A stretch of DNA of 64,000 bases from contig NC_042998.1 in the NCBI RefSeq assembly GCF_006345805.1, forward strand, positions 165,726,001 to 165,790,000, written 5' to 3'. The notes below the pieces were generated by a model. The model was not told the DNA's origin and searched no databases. It saw only the letters and a program-made list of their open reading frames with translations. Both the position numbers and the translations under genes were made by a program. The DNA is from Octopus sinensis. Taxonomy: Eukaryota. Below are positions 1-9,868 of the stretch, piece after piece; position 1 is the stretch's first letter; each line of letters opens with the position of its first letter.

Positions 1-95
1 GATGTTTAAATGTATATTCTATGATTAAATGCTCGAATTATGAAATGTTATGCGGATGACTTGCATTTGTTTGTTCTTTAACCTTAGTTTGATAC

Positions 96-186
<91 letters not shown>

Positions 187-262
187 TATATATATATATT
201 ATATATATTATACTTAAATATTTGTTGCAAGATTTTTTATGTGAAGTCGTGTGTTGAAACAG

Positions 263-695
263 ATATTGTTATATTTCGGAATGGTCATATTGCCAGTTTA
301 GCCATAAAAACACACGCACTATATATTTGGTGTTATTTTGCTTCAGTGTTATTTATTTTTTACATTAATCTTAATTATTTCGGCCAGAGTTCTTTCGTCA
401 CACTCCTGTGACCGCATCAGTGGTCCTTGTTTCTTCTCACTTATTTGTGTCTCTCCTTACTAACCGTCAGCCATTTTGTATTTCTGACGGATAGTAAGGA
501 GAGACACAAATAAGTGAGGAGAAAACAAAGGACCACTGATGCAGTCACAGGAGTTGTACGAAAGAACTCTGGCCGAAATAAGATTAGATTAATGTAAAAA
601 ATAAATAACACTGAAGCAAAATAACACCAAATATATAGTGCGTGTGTTTTTATTGGATAAACTGGCAATATGACCATTCCGAAATATAACAATAT
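263..695. repeat. Fold-back palindrome (arms about 263-470 and 484-695, 13-nt spacer), probably two inverted Penelope-type terminal repeats
   Basis: The arms are near-perfect reverse complements (ATATTGTTATATTTCGGAATGG...CCGTCAG / CTGACGG...CCATTCCGAAATATAACAATAT). Flanked by (TA)n. Confidence 0.85.
382..426 (-). ncRNA. Hammerhead-ribozyme-like motif (minimal type I, variant core), mirrored on + at 530-574
   Basis: Minus strand reads GGACCA-CTGATGC-G-GTCAC aggagt GTGAC-GAAA-G aa C-TC-TGGCC: helix I, CUGAUG core, helix II, GAAA, short helix III and an NUH triplet. Core position 9 is C rather than A. Confidence 0.4.
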
Positions 696-969
696 ATATA
701 TATATATATATCAATGTATGTATAAATGTATGTATATATATACACACATATATGTATGTATATATGTATATACATATATATAGTAATATTATACATATAT
801 ATATGTATATATTATACATATATTGTATACAAATGTATATACGTATATATTCTATCGGCCTCTTTTGCCCGAACCGTTACGTTACGGAGACTGCAGTGGT
901 CTTGCTATATATATATATATATTATATATATATATATAATATATATATATATAATATATATATATATAT

Positions 970-1185
970 ATCTGTAACTACATGTGGATTGTTGGCGATT
1001 TTTTTCCTCCGTCTTGCTTTTCTTTTGGACTTTCTTCTGTATCCTGTTTCTGAAGAAGAGGTTTGCTCGTAACGTAAAAACCCCTTTCTTTCCTTCCATG
1101 AGCGTCTTTAAATACTTTGCAATACCACGTCCTTGTGTTTTAGTTTTATCTTTTTGTTTTTTCTTCGATTTTTGGTGTGAGGGAT
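970..1185 (+). mobile_element. Penelope-type terminal-repeat fragment between (TA)n tracts
   Basis: Contains TTT-CTGAAGA-A-GAG gtttg CTC-GTAAC-GTA-AAA at 1045-1082, a degenerate minimal hammerhead of the kind found in Penelope-like termini. Confidence 0.5.
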
Positions 1186-1188
1186 TAC

Positions 1189-1245
<57 letters not shown>

Positions 1246-1442
1246 AGAAAGAGATACATACATACATACATATATTTATATATACATATACATACATATC
1301 ATATATATAATATATATACATATATATATATATATTATATATATATATATATATATATTTATATACATATATATATATATAATATATATTATTATATATA
1401 TACATATATAATATAATATTATATATATTATATATATCATAT

Positions 1443-1535
<93 letters not shown>

Positions 1536-1566
1536 TTTAATACAATTATAAATAAGGACAAAAGAA

Positions 1567-1761
1567 AAATTTTTTCTTTGCCAATATGCTGAAAAATAGA
1601 CGCTAACTCGTCTAACCACATCAAATATTTTCACTACATTATTACACCATCTGTGTAATAATATAGTGTAATAACATGGTGTAATAATATAGTGAAAATA
1701 TCTTATGTGGTTAGACGATTTAGCGTCTAGTTTTCAGTATACTGGCAAAGAAAAAAATTTA
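1567..1761. repeat. Fold-back palindrome (arms about 84 bp, 25-nt spacer)
   Basis: AAATTTTTTCTTTGCCAATATGCTGAAAA...TTATTACACCAT is the reverse complement of ATGGTGTAATAA...TTTTCAGTATACTGGCAAAGAAAAAAAATTT. Confidence 0.8.
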
Positions 1762-1969
1762 TTTGCTCATTTTTTATATTTATATTTTCACCTTAAAAGG
1801 TACTTTTCATATGCTGGCCACTGATAGAATATTTCAGTAAAAATATTATGTTTATATTATGTTTAGAACTATACATATATTTGTATACATATATATACAT
1901 ATATTTATATACCATATATATATATATATATATATACATATATTTATACATATATACATATATACATAC

Positions 1970-2031
<62 letters not shown>

Positions 2032-2044
2032 GAGAGAGAGAATA

Positions 2045-2520
2045 ATAAGGTAGTCAGAATTTTGATGATTATATATTTTTTTATTTGCATTTTTTAGCGC
2101 TTTCTTAAGTTATCGGATTTATCAAAAAATGTTTTTAAAGTTAGATTTCTTAGTCTTTTTATATATAAAGTATAAAGAATTTTGTGGGGTTTACCAAGCA
2201 AAGGAGAAGTATATTTTTTTAGAAGTAGGTAAAGGTAAAGAGGTGTGGCTTTTGTATTGGTATGGCCAGGCGTGTTTGTTTAGTATTTAATGGCCTTTTA
2301 AGGTGGGAAGGAAAAATGAAATTTTGTATTCGAATTTGGTCAAGGTTTTAATAAAAAAAACTAGATATTGTTTTTGATTTTTTTTTTCAGTAGAAATCAT
2401 AATTGTATTTCAAGGTCTTGATCTTTTATATTCATTAAAGAATATTTGTATGGATGCGATCAACTTTTTTTTATTGAAATTCTAGTCGTTTTCGAAAGTG
2501 ATTTTTCTATTTCACACAGC
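2045..2520 (-). mobile_element. Degenerate fragment possibly from a Penelope-like ORF
   Basis: Broken minus-strand frames (LCEIEKSLSKTTRI..., RNLTLKTFFDKSDNLRK) loosely resemble PLE ORF segments, and it lies downstream of a PLE-type terminus on the same strand. Weak. Confidence 0.3.
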
Positions 2521-2548
2521 AATTATATATATATATATATATATATAT

Positions 2549-2724
2549 AGGGAAAGTTTATGAAAAAAACAAAAGACGAAGACAGGTGGTGTACAAAACA
2601 AACAGATGTATTAGTATAACGGTCAGGAATAGAAAAAGTCTTTTACGTTTCGAGCCTAGGCTATTCTACAGAAAGGTACACAGAAAAAAAAACAAGGAAA
2701 GAAAAAAATGTGTGTAGTGGCTAA

Positions 2725-2727
<3 letters not shown>
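2549..2727 (-). mobile_element. Penelope-type terminal-repeat fragment with hammerhead-like motif (2640-2675)
   Basis: Minus strand reads CTTT-CTGTAGA-A-tAGC ctag GCTC-GAAA-C-GTA-AAAG. Embedded in (TA)n on both sides. Confidence 0.55.
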
Positions 2728-2755
<28 letters not shown>

Positions 2756-2770
2756 TGCACATATATATAT

Positions 2771-2849
<79 letters not shown>

Positions 2850-2873
2850 TATATATATTATATATATAATATA

Positions 2874-2917
<44 letters not shown>

Positions 2918-2919
2918 GC

Positions 2920-4951
2920 TCATATTTGTGCACACATGCACACATGCACACACCACACATACATATGTACACATTATGATTTTTTTAATAATTAATTAAT
3001 ATAATTAAAGATTCATCTCTGTGATTAAATAGATTTGGAAAGTTTTGGTCATTTTAGCTACTACTCTTGATTTTTGTCTGAGTATTTGTCCTTCAGACTA
3101 CAAAATAGAATTTCAAAAAAAAAGCAGTACACAATGCTGTTACAATTATATTTCCAAATTCATCTTATTTCTGTTTGGCCGCTTTGTTTTGAATATATTT
3201 TAAAGCTCCTACCAAGAATTTTCTAAAGGAGAAAGAGATCCAAATACAAAAGGAGAAAGCAGCTGTTCTTATAAAATATCTGAATCTGGAGTGTTTTACA
3301 AGAAGTGGAAGAGCTACCTCGATGACTGCTTCATTTTGGGGGATAGACCAAAAGAAGACCTACGAACATTTCACAATACCCCCAACACACTGTACCCATC
3401 TATCAAATTCACAACAGAAACCAACTACAATGGACTGCCATTTCTAGCCATTCACATCAAAATACACAAGTCCACTGTCACAACAGACATATTTTACAAA
3501 TAAGCAGACACACACCAATATTTAAATTTCTACTCTTGTCACCCCTTGCACATCAAAAGGAACATCCCATACAGTATGGCAAGATGCATCTTCACCATAG
3601 CAACTGACCCACAAATGCGCCAGATTAGACTTGATGAACTCAAAAACTTCTTACAAGAAGAAAATTACCCTGTGAAACTTATAAATAATGGAATCTCGAA
3701 AGCAATGAAATTAGACATCACACAACTTAGGACTCCAAAGGAAAAACCAAGGAACATACTATTCCATTTATTAACGCATACAACTCTGGAATAACCAATA
3801 TTTTCCACGTTATGCAATCAAACCTACCAATACTCTTACAGAGCTCCACAATGAGAAAAGTGATAGACAAAAACTACCTGAGAAATAGTAAACGCCAGCA
3901 AAAAAAACCTTAAAAACAACTTACAAGAGTTAAATTCACAGCAGAGAATGAAACAGAATTCTCCGTAAAGGAATGTGAAGACAGTAGATGTGAAATATGC
4001 AACAACAACACTAACTACAAATATATAGACGGGGACACCCACATAAAATTTAAGAGTGGATTCTTACTCAAATATGAACTGCAAGACACAAAACTTTATA
4101 TGCTACATTGCTTGCCCCAAATGCAAGGAGAATTATATTGGAGAAACCAATAATTCCCTTTGCCAACGCGCAAGAATTGATAGTATATTCCACAAGAGGA
4201 GATAAGGAAAATTTCACTGAGCAAACACTTGGAAATATGTGGAGAAGAAAAATTCAAAATCTTCCCCTTCTACAAATGCTCAAGGAACGACCCAAACTTC
4301 CGAAAAACAAAGGAACTACACTTCATAAGAAGTTCACACCAAAATTAAACGTTTGAAAAAGGAAACATTTGAAAATATGCGAAATAAAATTCAAAGTTCC
4401 GAAAGATAACGGGACTACACTTCACAAAATAAGTCATCAACAAAAATTAACATAACGATATATTTTTTGAAATTCCACCTGTGAGAATTCCATATGAATT
4501 TGATTGTATATATGTTAAAGATGATCTCAAACCATTGCTAAAACCTTTTTACTAACATTGTTGTTGTACTTTGCAAAACACTCGAGATTCCGAAATTCAA
4601 TAAGAACAGCTGCTTTCCCTCTTTTGTACTTGGCTCTCTTTCTCCTTTAGAAAGTTCTAGGCTGGAGCTTTAAAATATATTCAAAACAAAACAGCCAACC
4701 AGATATTGATGAATTTCAAAATATAAGTGTGACAGCATATAGGTGTATTGCATCTTTTTAAAAAAATTCCATTTTGCTGTCTGAAGGACAAATACTCGGA
4801 CAAAAATCAAGAGCAGCAGCTAAAATGACCAAAACTTTCCAAATTTATTTAACTACAGGGATGAATCTTTAATTATATTAATTAGTTATTTTTAAAAAGT
4901 TATAATGTGTGTTTATGTATGTGTGATGTGTTTACGTGTGCACAAATATGA
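2920..4951 (+). mobile_element. 5'-truncated Penelope-like retroelement (RT C-terminus plus GIY-YIG) bounded by about 380-bp inverted terminal repeats
   Basis: Disrupted frames give WKSYLDDCFILG...IKFTTE...LPFL...TDIFYK*ADTHQYLNFYSCHPLHIKRNIPYSMARCIF, then CEDSRCEIC and MNCKTQNFICYIACPKCKENYIGETNNSLCQRAR. 2920-3301 is the diverged reverse complement of 4571-4951. Confidence 0.9.
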
Positions 4952-4966
4952 ACATATACATATATA

Positions 4967-5345
4967 GGCGCAGGAGTGGCTGTGTGGTAAGTAGCTTGTT
5001 TACCAACTACATGGTTCCGGGTTCAGTCCCACTGCGTGGCATCTTGGGCAAGTGTCATCTGCTATATCCCCGGGCCGACCAATGCCTTGTGAGTGGATTT
5101 GGTAGACAGAAACTGAAAGAAGCCTGTAGTATATATGTATATATATATATATGTGTGTGTGTATATGTTTGTGTGTTTGTGTGTGTCCCCCTAGCATTGC
5201 TTGACAACCGATGCTGGTGTGTTTACGTCGATAGAATAAGTACTGGGCTTACAAAGAATAAGTCCCGGGGTCGATTTGCTCGACTAAAGGCGGTGCTCCA
5301 GCATGGCCGCAGTCAAATGACTGAAACAAGTAAAAGAGTAAAGGG
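4967..5345 (+). mobile_element. tRNA-headed SINE, family B (internal TA/TG microsatellite)
   Basis: GGCGCAGGAGTGGCTGTGTGGTAAG head with a GGTTCAGTCCC B-box-like motif and a CCAGCATGGCCGCAGTC...ACTGAAAC tail. Many copies in this window. Confidence 0.85.
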
Positions 5346-5771
5346 TAAGAGTATATATATATCTTTGAGATATCGCCAAGTCTCGTGCGAATTGAAGTAC
5401 GAGCGAAAATCCGCAGAACGAGCACACAAATTATCCCATCTTTTAGATAATTCAGTTAATAACCAGTTTAAGTATTTCTTTTGCATTCTCTTTTTCATAT
5501 TTATCATTTTACTTGTTACTACACCTTTTTTCTGTTTTAAAACCCCAGAAAAAATTATTTGTGATTGGTTTTGGATTAATTATATTTTAGTAAATTACAA
5601 TGGGGAAAATTTATTTGTAAAACGAGTAAATCATAAGATGAGCTCGGTCATTGAACGAATTAAACTCGTACTGCGAGGTATCACTGCCTATACTTATATG
5701 TGTGTGTGTGTGTGTGTGTCTTTTTGCGTGTGTGTTTTTTGCGTGTGTGTGTGTGTGTGTGTGTATGTATT

Positions 5772-5814
<43 letters not shown>

Positions 5815-6050
5815 CAATGGACGAGTAGGTGCTTGAAATTTTCTCAGCCCCCAGATTTGGTTATTAGTACCTTGCACAGTATAATGTTAGTAAACTTGTA
5901 CCAGGTACCTTTTTATTTCATTTAATTACTTAAGTATATTTGATATTTGTTTAATTTAGAGTGTGTTGGTCAAGTTAATCACCTCTGGACGGAAAAATCA
6001 GTAATTAGGAAAGACTTTGGAGCCAAAGGTTCTGGAAAATCGATGTTGTA

Positions 6051-6090
<40 letters not shown>

Positions 6091-6279
6091 GTGTGTGTGT
6101 GTTGTGTGTGTGTGTGTGTGTGTGCGTGTGTGTGTGTCGGGATACCAGACTTTTATAAAACATTGGTAAGTTCTCAGCACATGAAACTAATGGTAGAACA
6201 TTTAAACATATATCGTGTTTATTGAATAATATAAATATATATAAATATATGTGTGTGTGTATGTATGTATGTATGTATG

Positions 6280-6312
<33 letters not shown>

Positions 6313-6601
6313 GTGTGTGTGTTTGAGAGAGAGAGAAAAAAAAAGGGGAAGGTAGGGAGAGACAGAAAAATATTATGACAGACAGAGATCATCCCGTTCA
6401 TTCACCAAGCTTAGATCCTCAATATTTTTAAAGTTTTTTTCTATTTTTACTATATTTATTTATTTTGCCTATAAACGAATTTCAGTTCAAGTTAAGTTAC
6501 GAATATATAACCATTTATTTATGTATAATTTGTAATGTAAGTGTTTCAATTTTTCTTCTAACGTTCTTTTTACTTTTTATCTTTTTACTTCCGTCTATTA
6601 G

Positions 6602-6776
6602 CATCCCGGTTACGAACGGGCCAGTAACTTCCCGAATGATATTGCAATGTTACAACTTGATGAACCAGTTAATACTTACGATACTAACATTCGGATGGCT
6701 TGTTTACCGCCATTAGAGACAACTCAGTTATTCAAAGAAAAGAATTGCTGGATCAGTGGCTGGGGTGAAACTAGAG
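6602..6776 (+). CDS. S1 family serine protease, internal exon containing the catalytic Asp (5' exons not found in window)
   Basis: Polypyrimidine tract and AG at 6600-6601, GT at 6777. 175 nt, phase 0 to 1. Translates HPGYERASNFPNDIAMLQLDEPVNTYDTNIRMACLPPLETTQLFKEKNCWISGWGETR, with the NDIAML (Asp102), ACLP and CWISGWG motifs of peptidase S1. Confidence 0.95.
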
Positions 6777-6852
6777 GTAAAATTTGATATTCAAACATTA
6801 TCTGTATTTCATGTGCAATGACTATTTCCGACTTCGTTATGTTTACTAGTTG

Positions 6853-6905
<53 letters not shown>

Positions 6906-6944
6906 CATCATCATCATCATCATTATTATATTATTATTATTATA

Positions 6945-6983
<39 letters not shown>

Positions 6984-6988
6984 CATCA

Positions 6989-7055
<67 letters not shown>
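6853..7055. repeat. (ATT)n microsatellite with (ATC)n interruptions
   Basis: Read directly from the sequence. Confidence 0.95.
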
Positions 7056-7664
7056 AATTATAATCATTTTCTGTCTTTGTTGCTATGTTTCCTTTTGCCG
7101 TTAATCTTTTTTTTTTTTCTAGCATAGGCAAAAGGCCTGAAATTTTTATGGTGAGAAGGTTAGTCGATTACACATACACACACAGAAGTATTAGCATTAA
7201 TGATTAATACTTGTCAAGAAAAGCAAAGAAGATAACTTTGAACTTCATGTTAATCACATTACTTGCAAACATGTATCTTGAGAAACCTGTTACTGATCCT
7301 CTATCTCGCCTGCAATCAACATATTAATTGGTTGATTCTCTTTCAGTTCTAACATCAAATCGATCAATTCAGTGTTTCCATAAACTTAAGGCACTTAGTG
7401 TGGGTGAGCTCTATGCTGGGCAACTAAATCGCTCGACTTTCTGACAATCTGCTTCTTCATTGGTCCATGCTGCTTGTAACTCTAATCTAGAAGTGATTTT
7501 TTCCGCTCTGGTTATCCTCGGAATAGTGACCGTTAGTGAACCAGTAGAAGCTATGTTTCCTACCCTTAAGGATTGTTATTGTATTACTACCTCTACTGTT
7601 GTTTACTCTCTTCTTTCATCTTCTGCTTGCTCTCCTTTGAACAGAAAAGCCACGAGTAGTTCGA

Positions 7665-7785
7665 ATCTGGCAAAGCCACAGTCAAGAGAACGGCCTTGAA
7701 CGGATCGACGAGGAAAAGAAAACCCTGTTAAGCTTGACTTTAATCCGATTTTTGAGAGGGCACACAACTGGCGTAGCATACAATG
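7665..7785 (+). pseudogene. Degenerate 28S rRNA fragment
   Basis: ATCTGGCAAAGCCACAGTCAAGAGAACGGCCTTG...AAAGAAAACCCTGTTAAGCTTGACTTTAAT aligns by eye with conserved LSU ATCTAGCGAAACCACAGCCAAGGGAACGGGCTTG...AAAGAAGACCCTGTTGAGCTTGACTCTAGT. Followed by a GC-rich stretch to about 7890. Confidence 0.7.
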
Positions 7786-8880
7786 CAGCATTCGCATTAC
7801 TGCGCGCGGGCCGCTGGTCTCGGTGGCATAGCCATCCCTTCGTGGACCGCCCGTCTCCGCTGACCGGTCGTGTGCCGAGGTGTCTTCCTATCTTTCTTCA
7901 CAATGGGGACCATTTTAGCAAAGCCTTGTGTTCTTTGGGTGTCATTAAATCATGCACATTTATGCAGACCTACTCATCTACATATTGTTACAATTTAGCT
8001 TCGCACTCACCATAGTATCACAGAAGGTACAGAGAGTTACCACTCAACGTCCGTATTGATGTTCCTAGTGGTGATCCTAGAGTTTTGAACCACTATATGT
8101 TGTGGCACCAGTATGTATATAGATGTATGGTGTACCAGTTCCGCCTATATTCTCACAATGTCTTCGGGGATAAATATGCTTCCAAATGCTCTGCAACGGT
8201 CGATAAACCACGTATTGTATCACACACTGGCTAGCGTTTTATCTAAATGTTTCTTACAGGCTATATTGAAGTATCCACTCCGAAACAGGAGTACATTACT
8301 TCTCTTCTCACCCATTCCTCTGTGTGACATATACTTTCCACTTTTCTTCTTTCTTTCTTCCTTTTGGGTTTTTTTGTGTGTGTGTCTAGTGTCTTTCTCT
8401 GGCTTGCAACACTTGCCAATGAGGAGTTACTGTTGTTGCTGTTGTCTTTGTTGTTAAAATTAACGTTTTCAATTATTTGTTTTCTCATTTTTATTTGTAA
8501 AATATTTATTTTATAAATGTGATTACCTGTTTAATTTCAGTTGTCAACATGTTTCTGTTTATTTTCTTTTTCCGTTAATCTGTTAAATTTATGGATGTGT
8601 TTCTTACTTTTACTTCTGTGTAAAGCACCTCTTCTCATTCCTCCAGTGATGGTAATCTTGAATCAGTAGTAAACAACGCTTTGTAGAAATATGAAGTCTC
8701 TTTAAATATCTGAAACAAACCTTACTTCTGCATTCATCCCCTGCTACTCAGAGTAGATGTTAAAATGCTTTGAAGTTCTTAGTTGCTAAAATATACAAAG
8801 CAACTCATCGAATGAACGTCTTAACATACAATCATGTAGAGCTCTGTTAAAAACATCCGCTCCTCACAAAGACATCTACA

Positions 8881-9506
8881 ATAATAATACTCCTTTCTGC
8901 TAAAGGTACAAGGCCTGAATTTTGGAAGGAAGGGGATAGTCGATTACATTGACCCCAATGCTCAACAGCTATTTATTTTATCGATCCTGAAAGGATGAAA
9001 AGACAAGTCGACTTCGGCAGAATTTGGAGTCCGTTAGCAACGGATGAAATGACGCTAAGCATATTGTCCAGCGTGTTGATGATTCTCCCAGCTCACTGCC
9101 GCCTTAATGGTTTCAAATTTTGTCATAAGGTCAGTAATTTAGGATGAGGGTGCAGCTAATCGGTTATATCGACCCGTGTGTCCAACTGGTACTTATTTTA
9201 TCGACCCTAAAAATATGAAAAGGAAAGTCGATTATGGCAAAATTTGAACCTTGAACATAAAGAGCCGCCTTAATAACAAAAATAATAATCCTTTCTACTA
9301 AAAGCACAAGGCGTGAAAATCGGAGGAAGGGGACTAGTCGATTACATCGACCCCAGTATTCAACTGGTACTTAATTTATCGATCCCGAAAGGATGAAAGG
9401 CAAAGTCGACCTCGGTGGAATTTGAACTCAGAACGTAAAGGCGGACGAAATGTTGCAAAGCATTTTGCCCGGTGTGCTAACAATTCTACCAGCTCGCCGC
9501 CGCCTT
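8881..9506 (-). mobile_element. Head-to-tail array of three family A SINEs (8881-9105, 9106-9271, 9281-9506)
   Basis: Each copy read on minus has an AAGGCGGC head and a GTCGACTTTGCCTTTCATCCTTTCGGG.TCGATAAA.TAAGTACCAG-type core. The middle copy has an internal deletion. Confidence 0.9.
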
Positions 9507-9725
9507 AAGAAGAAGAAGAAGAAGAAGAAGAAGATTGTTATAATGATCATGATGTCGAGGTTATCTGAGATTTAGAAAAAAGATTGTAATTCTATAATGC
9601 AATGCCGCATCGTGGGCACTGCATATTGTCGATAATTATTTTATTGGCTTCTATCGAAATCCCATCCCCAACCATCCCTTCATTTTAACAAAAATAACAC
9701 TTTAATATTTCGTCCTTGCATTCAG

Positions 9726-9868
9726 GAAGTGGTGAAACGAATGGGCTGAACGAATTACAAGTCGACATTGTACCGAGCGAAGCGTGTAAACCAATGTGGG
9801 GACGAGTGGATATCAGCGTTTTAGACCAACAAGTATGTGTTGGATACGGAGACACCGGCGCTTGCTAT
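9726..9868 (+). CDS. S1 serine protease, penultimate exon
   Basis: TTCAG acceptor ending at 9725, GTAAGT donor at 9869. 143 nt, phase 1 to 0, in frame with both neighbours. (G)SGETNGLNELQVDIVPSEACKPMWGRVDISVLDQQVCVGYGDTGACY. Confidence 0.93.

Larger units (their letters stand above)
99..2916. repeat. Cluster of long (TA)n tracts (with (GA)n and (TACA)n) interleaved with Penelope-related pieces
   Basis: Read directly from the sequence. These tracts account for the poly-YI ORFs in the ORF track. Confidence 0.95.

Noticed and set aside
441-2979. Many ORFs rich in YI, CV, HT, poly-I, poly-L or poly-N (also at 6818-7131, 17246-17544, 22813-23864, 30347-30595, 41017-41652)
   Set aside because: They are translations of (TA)n, (TG)n, (TACA)n and (ATT)n microsatellites that lack stop codons by construction.
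4936-5925. Longest ORF in the track (329 aa)
   Set aside because: It runs through a family B SINE and two microsatellites, has no recognisable domain, and is not a credible gene.
5345-6500. Candidate upstream protease exons, including the GTAAGT donor near 6149
   Set aside because: No frame gives TAAHC, LG.H or other S1 N-terminal motifs.
7250-7660. Possible R2-type N-terminal zinc-finger/Myb remnants on minus next to the 28S fragment (AAWTNEEA, AQHRAHP, INMLIAGEI)
   Set aside because: The motifs are short, lie in different frames and are in the wrong order, so they cannot be told from chance without a profile search.
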